This document shows positions 52,701-64,000 of a stretch of DNA of 64,000 nt, piece after piece. The notes under the pieces were generated by a model that worked only from the letters and a program-made list of their open reading frames with translations, made no database searches and had not been told where the DNA came from. Both the position numbers and the translations under genes were made by a program. Where the stretch lies: positions 5,766,001 through 5,830,000 of the forward strand of contig NC_087447.1 in the NCBI RefSeq assembly GCF_036321535.1, given 5' to 3'. Numbering within the stretch: position 1 is the stretch's first letter; each line of letters opens with the position of its first letter. Source of the stretch: Camelus dromedarius. Lineage: Eukaryota.

Positions 52701-54637
52701 CATCACAGAGAAAGTTAGACATCAGATGGCACATCCAGAGTTGTCTGTCCAGTCCTAGGGGCAGAAGCTGACGGCCCCAGCTGCTCCTGGGGTCGGGCCC
52801 CTCCCAGCTCGTAGGCCTCGCACTGTGTGTGGCCCCTCCTCCTGCCACTCCCTCTGCTGACTTCCTCTGGGTTTTCCCACCTGGTACAAACCCTCTCTTC
52901 ACTCCACATCCTCCTCTAGCTCTTATCTTCCAGCTCTTCCATCAGCAGCCAAGTCAGAGGACTTACCTAGGTTCAGAGGCTGCTTTTCCTCGCCTCCCAC
53001 CCATTCCTCCACCTGCTCCAAACTGGCTTCTGCCCCTCCCCGCCCTCTGAGACTGCCACAGTCCCCAGGCCTCTGTCTCCACAAAACCCAGAGGACCCCT
53101 CCGAGTTCTCATCTTGCTTCATGAGACCTTTCAGCCTCATAAAGCTGCTGGCCTCCAGCCTCCTTAAATGCCACTAACAGCTTGTACTGTGGGTTTTCCT
53201 CCTTCCTTACTGGTTTCCTTTATCTGGTCCCTAAGGACCTGGTTTTCTGGCTGAGGTTCAGGCACCATCCTCCTCTCACTCTGCATACTGGCAGGTCTTG
53301 GAACCACGCAGATGTGCGTATCCAGCCTGGGCTTCTCCCCTGAGCTTCCAGAACCATCCACTCGTTTCACAGGCACCTCTCCATCCTGCCTCAGGACCAT
53401 CAAACAGGATGTTTTCTCCCCTCTTCACCTAGTAAATACCTCCTTAACCTTCAGGCACCACGCAAAATGTCACTATCAAAATAGATAAAGTTTACTTCCC
53501 TGAGCCTCTTAGTAAGTTTGCATGTCATCTCCCTCCCCCCAGCCACAGGCTATCTTTTTTATTGAAGTAAAATTCATATAACATGAAACTCATAATTTTA
53601 ACCATTTTCAAGNNNNNNNNNNNNNNNNNNNNNNNNNNNNNNNNNNNNNNNNNNNNNNNNNNNNNNNNNNNNNNNNNNNNNNNNNNNNNNNNNNNNNNNN
53701 NNNNNNNNNNNNNNNNNNNNNNNNNNNNNNNNNNNNNNNNNNNNCCCAAGTCCCTGGTAACCACAAATCTTCTGTCTGTCTCTATGGATTTGCCTGTTTG
53801 GGACATTTCATATAAATGGCACCATACAGTATGTGACCTTTTGTGTCTGGCTTCTCTCACTTGGCATGTTTCATGGCATCTTGTAGTTCTTTAGTTCAGC
53901 TGATACTTCTTACCTGCTGTGGGCCAGGACGGTGCAAGATGCTGTACTTTTCCATTGTGACGCGTATCACAGCTGTAATTAAGTAGCTGAGGCCTGATCT
54001 CTTGACCTGAGCTCTGTCTGTGAGCTCCCTTAGGTCAGAGATACCACCTGCCATTCATCCTGGTAGTCACGGGAGGTGCTCACAAGTTTGCGATGCCCGA
54101 GTGAAAGTTGTATCTAGGGGGTGAAAGTCATATCTAGGGCAGGGGGCCGTGTCTTTCGGGCTCACCAGTGTGTTTCCATCAGCCAGCATGGGTTGGCCAG
54201 GAAGCAGTGACTCAGTGTTTGCTGAGCAGAGGAATGAGCCCTATTTCATGGTGGAGTAGGGGTGGGAGGAGGGCAGAAGCTGGGCTTTGGGAGGGCTGGG
54301 CCCACTGCTTCTCCCTGACCCTGTCTGCGCTCTCTTTGCAGGCAGAGTGTCTCTGGCGCAATTCGCCCTGGCCTTTGTGACCGACACGTGTGTGGCGGGT
54401 GCGCTGTTGTGTGGGGCTGGACTGCTCTTCCATGGGATGCTGCTGCTGAGGGGCCAGACCACGTGGGAGTGGGCCCGGGGCCAGCACTCTTATGACCTGG
54501 GACCCTGCCACAACCTGCAGGCAGCCCTGGGGCCCCGCTGGGTCCTCGTCTGGCTCTGGCCCTTCTTGGCTTCCCCGTTGCCTGGGGATGGGATCACCTT
54601 CCAGACCACCACTGATGTGGGACTCATGGCTTCCTGA
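49472..54637 (+). CDS. ZDHHC24: Palmitoyltransferase ZDHHC24, 3 exons, 284 aa
   Basis: Join of 49472-49752, 50843-51120, 54342-54637 = 855 nt. Cys-rich domain with DHHC at 50922-50933 and several hydrophobic segments. Confidence 0.96.
49915..50590 (-). mobile_element. L2 fragment in ZDHHC24 intron 1
   Basis: aatatttattgagtacctactatgtg...ttccaggcagagggaacag...tgcaaaggccctgagg. Confidence 0.8.
50843..51120 (+). CDS. ZDHHC24: ZDHHC24 exon 2
   Basis: [38 protein letters not shown]...WLMLLT. Confidence 0.96.
52100..53500 (+). mobile_element. L2 fragments in ZDHHC24 intron 2
   Basis: C/T-rich L2 sense motifs; boundaries approximate. Confidence 0.6.
53556..53880 (-). mobile_element. L1MB-type 3' end in ZDHHC24 intron 2
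   Basis: attgaagtaaaattcatataacatgaaact...gtctctatggatttgcct. Confidence 0.8.
54342..54637 (+). CDS. ZDHHC24: ZDHHC24 exon 3
   Basis: [19 protein letters not shown]...QTTWEW...DVGLMAS*. Confidence 0.95.
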
Positions 54638-54919
54638 CTTTGGGAAAACCCTGAGCTGTACAAGGTGTGGGAAGCAGGAGAGGTGACTCAACTCATTTCA
54701 GGCCCACCCCTAGCCTCAGGAGGGGAGGCTACATGTTACTTGATGCCTGCTTTTGGCAACTCCAGCCCCACCCTTGACCTTGCCTTGGCCTTGCCCAGCT
54801 TGGACACCTAGTGTCCAGGGCTTGGGCCCTGTGATTCTGCCTCTGTCAGTGGCCCCTGAATACAGCGGAGGGTCAGGTAAGGGTCTGCTTAGCCAACCTA
54901 GCTGCCCCTTTGCCAGGAT

Positions 54920-54925
54920 AATAAA
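54920..54925 (+). terminator. Candidate ZDHHC24 polyadenylation signal
   Basis: First AATAAA I found, ~280 nt after the stop. Confidence 0.5.
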
Positions 54926-55519
54926 GCCCCCCTCGTGGTTTTTGGACTTCCTCCGTCTTTGTGGGTTTCTGGTCCTCCACTGTTGCTGGGGCTGCTGTTT
55001 GGGTGCCTCTGATTGTCCAGCCTGGGAACCACAGAACGCCTGAGAATGTCTGCAGTCAGGGCTCTGCCTCCTGTTGCCTTGGGGAGGGGGTTGAGGGAGG
55101 CCAGCCGGCCAAGGCAGAATGTAGTGATCCAAGGAATGAGAATCTGACATTCTTTCCCAGGTTCAGTGCTTTATAGTTAGGAGAATTTCCCAGCAACGAT
55201 GTCACTGAATTTCTCTCTAGCTGACCTGGTACACTGGGCGGCAGTTATACAAGTGATAAACTTACAGCGCTGAGAGCTGATGTGATAAGATCGTGGGATA
55301 GCAAATGGAGGAGTCTGGATTTGAACCCAGATCTCTGCTTTCTTCTTCACCCTTGCACAGCCAAGGGAAGGGAGTAGGAGAAAGCCAGGCAGAGAAAGCA
55401 GGTGGGGATGATCAAGCATCCGTGAGGGACGGTGCTGAGGGCTGAGCTCCTCCTCTCTGGACTCTTCAGGAGCTACTGTTAACACTTTTACTTAAGTATA
55501 GTGAACAGACACTTCCAGT

Positions 55520-58060
55520 TAAATGTGGCAGGTTAAATACATGAATTTACCTGTTTACTCTTAAAATCTAAAATGATAGTAGCAAAATAAAAAATGATGT
55601 AAATTTACAAAGAGAAAGAAAATAGGAGGGAGACAGCTGTAGACCAAAGAACTTGACAACATTTTGAAAGATGGAAAGTGGACAGAGGCTCATTTACTCT
55701 CTCAGAGAATCAGAAGTTGAAATTAAGTGTTCCCAGAAGGAGGGGCCAAGAGGCAGCCAAACCGGCCCCCAGAGCCCTGCAGAGGCTCAGGAATTCCACC
55801 AGCACCATGGAAGCCAAGGTTTGGGGCTGACAGTAGGGACTGATCCAAACAGTCTACGTGAGGAGCAGCTAGGCTGCCCCTCCCCCCAGGGTCCACCTGA
55901 CCCCTGGCAGCCAAGCAGCTACCCCACTGGGTGGGGGTGGGGGCTTTTTGAAGCACCTTTGGAGCACTTGGGAGGGTGGGGGTGAGGGGTGGACCAAAAA
56001 TGGGGTTAAGTGAAAATCTACAGATGCTGCTGTTGGGGGGCAGGGTCCTCAAGTGACCTTGCCTCCCAAGAACCCTCAGAGAAGCCCACCCTTCTGACAG
56101 GCCCTCCCGATGCCCACAGAGGTTTGAGCTACCAGGACTTTGTCTTTCCAAATGGCATGCATGCTCTATTACTATTTTTTCTCTGTAAGGAACATGGTGT
56201 CCCTGTTACTCTGTGCTGTACATAAGTATTGGCCGACTTCCTGTTTTCTCCTCTGCTTTACCCCTCTCCCTCCAGAATACCTTTTCTTGTATTTTTATTA
56301 AAGAGGAGATGCAAGAAAAAGAAACACCACCATCCCCAGCCCCATTTAAGAAATGGATACCATTTACTTTGAAGTCTCTGCTGGGCCCCTCCCTTGTAGA
56401 GGAAACACTGTGCTGGTTAATCATTCCCTTGCTTTGCTTTGTGATTTCATTACATATACTTGTATTGGTTTTGCATGGTTTTGAATTTTATATAAAAGGT
56501 ACCATACCATATTTATTCTTCTGTGATTTGCTTTTTCACCCAATACTATGTTTCTGAGATTTATCACAATTAATGTGTACAGCTGTAGGGCATTCCTTTT
56601 CCTTGCTATATAGTGAGCCATTGAATATACCACAATTTATTTTTCAATTTTGTCCTACTGATCATTGTATCTACCCCTGTATATGATCCCCTATGATCTA
56701 TTCTTGGCCCTTGCTCTCCATATAAATTTTAGAATCAGTTTGTCAAGTTACACCAATAAAAACCCCTTTGAAACTGTGAATGGAACCCAACTGGACCTAT
56801 AGATCAGTTTGGGAAAAATTGACATCTACATGAAATTGAATTTTCCAGTTCATGAACATGATGTATCTCCCCATTTAATGTTTTCAATAAAGTTATATAC
56901 TTTTTCTCATAAAGATCATGCCTTTTTTTGTTAGATTATTTGATATTGTTATCCTATTGTTCATGGCTTATGAAAATAAATTATTTCCAGCAAAGCTAAA
57001 ACTTAGAATTTACTTACAAATTCTTCTGAGTTTTCTATAGTTATATCTATGAAAAAATGGTTTTGTTTCTTCCTTTTTTTCACTTTTAAAAAACTGAAGT
57101 ATAGTCAGTTTACAGTGTAATTTCTTGTGTACAGCTTGATCATTTTATATACTCTTATGTTTTTTTTTCCTTTAAATATATTGAAAACACATATTCTATA
57201 TACTGTTTGGTAATTCTAATATCTTAAGTCTTTGAGGTCTGATTATGCAGGCTATTGTTTGTTTGCTCTTGCTCACAATGCCTTATTTTCCTGTAATTTG
57301 TGAGTTCTGACTGTAAATTCTTGTTTCCTGCAATTTTATCAGTGGAGATTTTTTGAGATTGGGTTAAAAGTAAATTCTTCCAGGGAGGAAATGTGTTTAT
57401 CAGTTGCCTGATGACAAACCAATTCTGCACCACTTTAAATTCCTCACCACTTTAAATTCTCAGCTAGGGGTCTTTTGAGCGACCTGGGTATTGTCAATTT
57501 ATGTTGCAAATTTATTCAGGCTGGCATGTTGTTAAAAATTCTCAGGAGAGATCTTTCCCCTCTTCTACCCAGTATTAGGCTTGGAAATAGGCAGTTTCCC
57601 TTGCTGNNNNNNNNNNNNNNNNNNNNNNNNNNNNNNNNNNNNNNNNNNNNNNNNNNNNNNNNNNNNNNNNNNNNNNNNNNNNNNNNNNNNNNNNNNNNNN
57701 NNNNNNNNNNNNNNNNNNNNNNNNNNNNNNNNNNNNNNNNNNNNNNNNNNNNNTCCTAAGGTAAAACCTTAGATTATTGATTTTAGATCTTTCTTCTTTT
57801 CTAATATACAATGCTATAAACTNNNNNNNNNNNNNNNNNNNNNNNNNNNNNNNNNNNNNNNNNNNNNNNNNNNNNNNNNNNNNNNNNNNNNNNNNNNNNN
57901 NNNNNNNNNNNNNNNNNNNNNNNNNNNNNNNNNNNNNNNNNNNNNNNNNNNNNNNNNNNNNNNTCCAAGTATTTTGAAATTTTCTAATTATCTTTCCGTT
58001 ATTTATTTACATTTTGGTCTGAGAGCAGACTTACATGATTTCTATCCTACTAAATTTGTT
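55520..58060. mobile_element. Nested old L1 fragments (plus-strand 5' part, then minus-strand ORF2 and 3' pieces)
   Basis: A/T-skewed L1 motifs, IRKEERSKINNLRFYL remnant; boundaries approximate. Confidence 0.65.
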
Positions 58061-58065
58061 AAGGT

Positions 58066-58625
58066 TTAACATTTTTTATTGATTTATAATCATTTTACAA
58101 TGTTGTGTCAAATTCCAGTGTAAAGCACAATTTTTCAGTTATACATGAACATATATATGTATATATTGTCACATTTTTTTCTCTGTGAGCTACCATAAGA
58201 TCTTGTATATATTTCCCTGTGCTATACAGTATAATCTTGTTTATCTATTCTACAATTTTGAAATCCCAGTCTATCCCTTCCCATCCTCCACCCCCTGGCA
58301 ACCACAAGTTTGTATTCTATGTCTATGAGTCTATTTCTGTTTTGTATTTATGCTTTGTTTGTTTGTTTTAGATTCCACATATGAGCAATCTCATATGGTA
58401 TTTTTCTTTCTCTTTCTGGCTTACTTCACTTAGAATGACATTCTCCAGGAGCATCCATGTTGCTACAAATGGCGTTATGTTGTCAGTTTTTATGGCTGAA
58501 TAGTATTCCATTGTAGAAATATACCACATCTTCTTTATCGAGTCATCTGTTGATGGACATTTAGGCTGTTTCCATGTTTTGGCTATTGTAAATAGTGCTG
58601 CTATGAACAATGGGGTGCAGGTGTC
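58066..58625 (-). mobile_element. Young camelid L1, 5'-truncated
   Basis: Open ORF2 tail MFIAALFTIAKTWKQPKCPS...LICGI*; TSD tgttaaggt at 58057-58065 and 58626-58634. Confidence 0.93.
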
Positions 58626-58789
58626 TGTTAAGGTGTTTTTTTATGGCCCAGAATGTGGTCTATCTTGGTGAATGTTCCATGTGACCTTGAGAAAAATGTG
58701 TATTCTACTGTTGAGGTAGTCTGTAGATGTTTGTCAGTGATAACCAGTTGGTTGATGGTGTTGTTGAGCTCAACTATGTCCTTGAAAAG

Positions 58790-59810
58790 ATACCATAATT
58801 AAAGACTGAACAGAGAGCAAAAAGAGAATTAAAATAATAGAATTTTAAAAACAATTCTGGAGAAGAGTCAAAAGATAAAAATCTCTCAGAAAATAGAACA
58901 AAAAGACAATATGAGAGAAGAAAGAAGAAAACCAGAGGATCAATTCTGCTCTCTCTGGAACTGCCATTTATCAAATGCTGGGCTTAATCAGAATTCCAGA
59001 GAGAACTGAGAAAATGGGAAGACATCTCTCAAGAAAGTTTTCTGGAACTGAAGGATGTATGTCTCCACCCTGCGGCACAATGAATAATGACACGTGGTAA
59101 GGCACATTCTGACCTTTCAGAACCTCAGAGCAAAAACGGCATGAACTTCTCCACGGCATTACCAAAGATTAGAATATAAGGGAGTAAAAATGGCTTTCTT
59201 ACATAAAAATAAAAGATTTTCAACTTCAAGTTTTATGACCCAAACTATTACATACGTGTACGAACTAAATGAAGAAATTTTCAGACAGATAGTGTCTTAA
59301 AAATGTTAACTCTAGTAACTTTTTAAAGAAGGTCCCTGTGGATATGCTTCACCAAATGAAGGGTAAAGGAACTATGAAGGAAGACATGGGGTCCAGGAAT
59401 CAGGGAATCTAGCCCAGGACATGGCAGAGAGAATTCCCAGAAGTGCTCTGCTGCAGATCTAGAGAGCAAACAGCACTCAAGCGGCGGGATGAAGGGAAGT
59501 GTACAGAAAAGAGAGGAACTGGCACACTGAGCTGGGGAAGAATTAGCAATTGGTATACATAGAAAACTAAGCAAATGAAAAGAATATGGCAATTATTAAC
59601 TCCATGAAAAATAAGTAAGTACAAAAAAAGGTAATTTAATTAGAGCCCAAATGTTTGCTCTGCAGTAACTTTCCCCTAATAATCCAAATAATGAGTATGG
59701 ATTTACCTAAAAACTGGGGCGAAAAGGAGAGGGCAGGGTGCTGTCACAAGAGAGCTAAAGCCTCATCTGTTATGAGGGAGCCAACAAATAGTGTCTAAAT
59801 ACATTTTAAA
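58790..59810 (+). mobile_element. Old L1ME-type ORF1 region, degenerate
   Basis: A-rich; aattccagagagaac, tttctggaactgaagga motifs. Confidence 0.55.
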
Positions 59811-59824
59811 AATATACAGCTAAG

Positions 59825-60609
59825 TGGAGAAAAGGGAACCCTCCTACACTGCTGGTGGGCATGCAGTTTGGTGCAGCCACTGTGGAAAACAGTATGGAGA
59901 GTCCTCAAAAGACTAGGAATAGACTTACCATATGGCCCAGTAATCCCGTTCCTGGGCATATATCCGGAAGGAACCCTACTTCAAAAAGACACCTGNNNNN
60001 NNNNNNNNNNNNNNNNNNNNNNNNNNNNNNNNNNNNNNNNNNNNNNNNNNNNNNNNNNNNNNNNNNNNNNNNNNNNNNNNNNNNNNNNNNNNNNNNNNNN
60101 NNNNNNNNNNNNNNNNNNNNNNNNNNNNNNNNNNNNNNNNNNNNNNNNNNNNNNNNNNNNNATATGGATGTCCCTGGAAAATGTCATTCTAAGTGAAGTA
60201 AGCCAGCAAGAGAAAGAAAAATACCATATGAGACCACTCATATGTGGAATCTAAAATAAAAAAAGAAAATAAAAAGACAAATGAACATAAATATAAAACA
60301 GAAACAGACTCATAGACATAGAATACAAACTTGTGGTTGCCGGGGGGAGGGGAGTGGGAAGGGACAGACTAGGAGTTCAAAGTCTGTACATACTGACAGG
60401 CATATGTAGAATAGATTAAAAAGATTATACTGTATAGCACAGGGAAATGTATACAAGATCTTGTGGTAGCTCACAGTGAAAAAGAATGTGACAATGAATA
60501 TATGTATGTTTGTGTATAACTGAAAAATTGTGCTTTACACCGGAAATTGATGCAACATTGTAAACTGACTATAGTTCAATAAAACAAAATTTAAAAAAAA
60601 AGAATAAAA
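59825..60609 (+). mobile_element. Young camelid L1, 5'-truncated
   Basis: ORF2 tail VQPLWKTVW...HMRPLICGI*, 3'UTR, poly-A; short TSD agctaag. Confidence 0.93.
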
Positions 60610-62948
60610 AGCTAAGAGGACTGAAAATGACTGTAGCAGGGAGCAGTACTAGGGAATAGGGAGAGGCTGTATTCTTGTTATAAACTACCTAATTCCAGAG
60701 TACTAAGTAAGTATGTTTTTAGATACTTAAAAAAAAACCCAAAACCCCAGAAAACCACCTCTCCTTATCCTTAATGCACACAACTTCTTGGAGCTCTATC
60801 TACCTTGTGGGGCCATTGGGTATCATGCACCGTTTCTTGCTTCATATTGTTTTATGTACACTGTCCACACCAGTGCAGTCCACATAGTTTTAATAATAGG
60901 TACACAGTATTACATCATATAAATTCACGTTAGGTGTTGGGCTTAGGAACAATTTCTCCACTTTCATCATCATGAATAACTATGAACAGAACCCAGATCA
61001 GACTTGTTTGTTCCGAGTTCACACAGTTCATCACTTGACTGGGGTGAAAGGGATCGTACAGTTATCTGGCCCAACATTCAACCTTGTGAAGTGACAGCCC
61101 AGCCCCAGTGACACAGCTCCAGTGATGGGGCTCAATACCTTCTAAGGCAGGCCCTCCCATCTTTTATAAGCACTCTTAGAAAACTTCACGTGAAGTTGAA
61201 ATCTCTCTTGACAGTGACACTCCCTCCACCTGTCTTTCCATTTCCAGACTAAACCTCCTGCTTATTCCAACGGTGCCTCAGTTGGCTTGATCTAGAAACT
61301 CTTGACCATCCTAACTGAACTGGTCCATGTTTGTGAGTGGCTGGACCATGCAGAGAGGGGGATGGGCTCTTTCTTCGGTCCAGACCCCTTGCTTCTCTTA
61401 ACCTGACCCCAGAATACATTCCATGGGAAGGATAGAGGGTGGCTGTGGTCTGTCCCTCACTGTGTCTTGGGCACAGAGGCTGTCGCCCAGCAGAATCAAT
61501 CAGCTTGGGGCCCTTGGTCTCAAGAGCAAAAGCTCTGCACTGAACTCCTGTCAAGTACCCCCTTTCTGGAGTTGATTCCTCATTTCCTCCAGAGGGGCTG
61601 CCAGGCTCTAGGATGTTAGAGCTGAATCTGGTCTAACTGCTTCATTTTACACTTGGGGAAACTGAAACCCACAGGGATTTGGTTACTTCCCACAAGCCTG
61701 AGCCTTCTGCCACACACTAGGCTGCACCTGGTCAGACGGGAAGATACAGGTCCTTCCTCAGGGAGTAGGGTTCCTGGCTCACAGATGGCTCAGGGAGGCC
61801 CTGGCAGCATCAACCCAAAAGAAGGATGTTGAGGTGGGCCAGGCAGGCTAGCCAAGGGACTCTAGGAGGCATCAAGGGTCTGGACTGTGGGTCTCTGACC
61901 CTTGTGGTCTAACATGTGTCTTCAATCAATCTTCAACCTGACTCAACACCTATGATCCACGCCTTTCCAGCTTATTTCTCACAATATGGCCACTGCCCAG
62001 TGAACTTCCCACTCACATGACTGATCTGGGCTCCAGGGCATAGAAGGGCATGTGGATCAGCAGTTCTGGGCTTCTGCCTCCTGTGTCCCCTGCCCAGGAC
62101 CCCAGAGACACCTGTCCTGTGTGCCCGGGCCCCGCCTGTGCTCTGTCTAGCTGAGCTGTCCTCTCCTGGGATGCTTTCTGGGCGTGAGCATCCAAGTCAG
62201 GAGCAGCAGCTGTGTGGTCCTCAGAAGGCTGGTCAGGGCTGGGCCACTAGCTCCCTGCACAGGAACTCTCTGCCCTCCCACACCAGCTTCTCCCTTGGCA
62301 ATCTTCATGGAGCATCACAGGCCTGAGACTTTGGCTGAGCCCAAAATTTCAGAAAAGCCCCCTATGGGAAGGCAGCTATTCCCTGGGCCCCCTGAATAGA
62401 AGGAGGGGCCCTCTGCTCAGCCCAAGAGAGGAGATGAGAGCAGTGTTTTGCCTGCAAGCTGAGCTGGCAGCAGCCAAGCCTCTGGAACCCCAGGAGCAAC
62501 AGGGGGCTAGTTTCACCCACGAAAAGCCTGATCGTCCCAGGCCAGGACCTAGCCAATTGGCTTGGGTCTGCAGCAGCTGCAGAGTGACGTGCCCAAGGGA
62601 AGCGGCAAAGAAGGCTGGGCCTCTGCGCCTCATCTCACCTTGACCACTTCAGAACTCTTCCTTCAGACCTGGGTGTGGTTTCTGGAGAAAAGTGGGGAGC
62701 ACAGAAAAGCAGCAAGAGCCCTGGGAGAAGGAAGGAGCTGAACCTCCTGGGTACTCACTGACCTGGGGCTGCAGGTCACCCAGTGGTCAGGTGGTGAGAA
62801 AGGGGCACTTAGGAGAGAAGAGGGAAGCTGTCACTCCTGCACACTGCTGCGCAGGGAGTGGGCCTCATGCCACTGACTGTCCGGCCCAGTAGAAGGGCCG
62901 GATCTTCCTGGTCCTGGTTCCACAGGGGCTTTTATACCAGCCTGGGGG

Positions 62949-63035
62949 TCAGGCAGCTGCCAGGCCCTCACTCATGGGCATGTTGATATGGGCACTCAGC
63001 AGGGGTGCACTCTGGCCTTCTCGAAGCACCAGAAC
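62949..63035 (-). CDS. BBS1: BBS1 last coding exon
   Basis: ag|VLVLREGQSAPLLSAHINMPMSEGLAAA*, matching the BBS1 C-terminus. Not listed in the ORF track. Confidence 0.95.
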   Translation of the reverse strand, partial: VLVLREGQSAPLLSAHINMPMSEGLAAA

Positions 63036-63178
63036 CTATGGAGAAGATACTCATGGTAGTAGGGAGCATTCTTCCTTTGCCCTTGCCCCTGAAAAGGCCA
63101 AGCAGGGCCTGGTCTGCACTAGCCCTAATGACAGGCCACCAGGACTCTGTCAAAGGGGATGAGGCTGGGAGGCCTCTA

Positions 63179-63388
<210 letters not shown>

Positions 63389-64000
63389 TCAGGCCTCATG
63401 CCCGGACAGTGTCTGGCAGATTCCAAAGCACTCTCACACCTGCTGTCTCGGCTGAATTTCAGTGTACCCTGGCAGGGGTGGGCATGGATGACAGGCCCGT
63501 TCAAGGAGAGCAAGGGCTCAGTGGGGGGAAAGAATGCCCCAGGGACGCATGCATGTCCATAATTAAAGCTAAACATCTTTTTTCAAGAGGAAAGGTAAAA
63601 AACAAAAAACAAACAAACAAAAACACCCCAAACCTCTTGACCCCTAACCAAGTCCAGGGCTATTTCTTTCACATCCCAGAGTCTTTCTCAGTTTCTGGTC
63701 CTTCCAACTTAAAACAGTCAAATCCAGACCTGGGGAAAAACCAGGCAGGCCCCTAACTCTGGAAGATTCTCCTTAGGGCAAAGAGAGGCTCCAATTCCTG
63801 CTTCAGGAGTGGTGGGAAAGCAGGGAGGGCTCTGGGAGAACCAACATGCTTCTGAGAGAGGCACCGGCGGGACCTGGACTCTCACTGTTCTCCCAGAACC
63901 TTCTGTGTGTCTCCGAGCCCCTCACAGGCTGGGAGGAAGGCCTTGGGTGCTCTCCCCAGGGCCTCTGCCATGCCCTGTTCTGGTCTGTGGCTGCAGCCAC

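Noticed and set aside
57428-57459. Direct repeat caccactttaaattc twice
   Set aside because: Small duplication within decayed L1 sequence; no functional context.
58368-58610. L1 ORF2 peptides as genes (also 59868-60254, 17491-17733, 23255-23557)
   Set aside because: 5'-truncated retrotransposon ends with no promoter and no RT or endonuclease domain.
63803-64000. 65-aa minus-strand ORF as a BBS1 exon or extension
   Set aside because: No resemblance to BBS1; it lies in the intron upstream of exon 63275-63361.

Overview
Mammalian genomic DNA, not prokaryotic. It is most likely camelid (alpaca/llama/camel), inferred from 8 copies of a tRNA-Ala(AGC)-derived Vic-1-type SINE. The window is syntenic with human 11q13.2 in reverse orientation. 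Gene order: CCS (minus, exons 1-5, runs off the left edge), intronless CCDC87 (plus, head-to-head with CCS), about 20 kb of repeat-rich intergenic DNA, CTSF (plus, 14 exons, 460 aa), ACTN3 (minus, 21 exons, 902 aa, tail-to-tail with CTSF), ZDHHC24 (plus, 3 exons, 284 aa, head-to-head with ACTN3), an L1 cluster, and the last two coding exons of BBS1 (minus). Exon boundaries were read by hand from GT-AG sites and give open, full-length frames. Comparisons to human proteins are from memory and need alignment. I found no convincing new multi-gene system. The best leads are: a CTSF intron homologous to sequence that is coding in human; an LTR/ERV-like insertion about 0.8 kb upstream of CTSF; a GC-box/TATA cassette antisense inside ACTN3; an inverted pair of young L1 ends downstream of BBS1; and an RFX X-box in the CCS/CCDC87 promoter. 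No rRNA, true tRNA or CRISPR was found.
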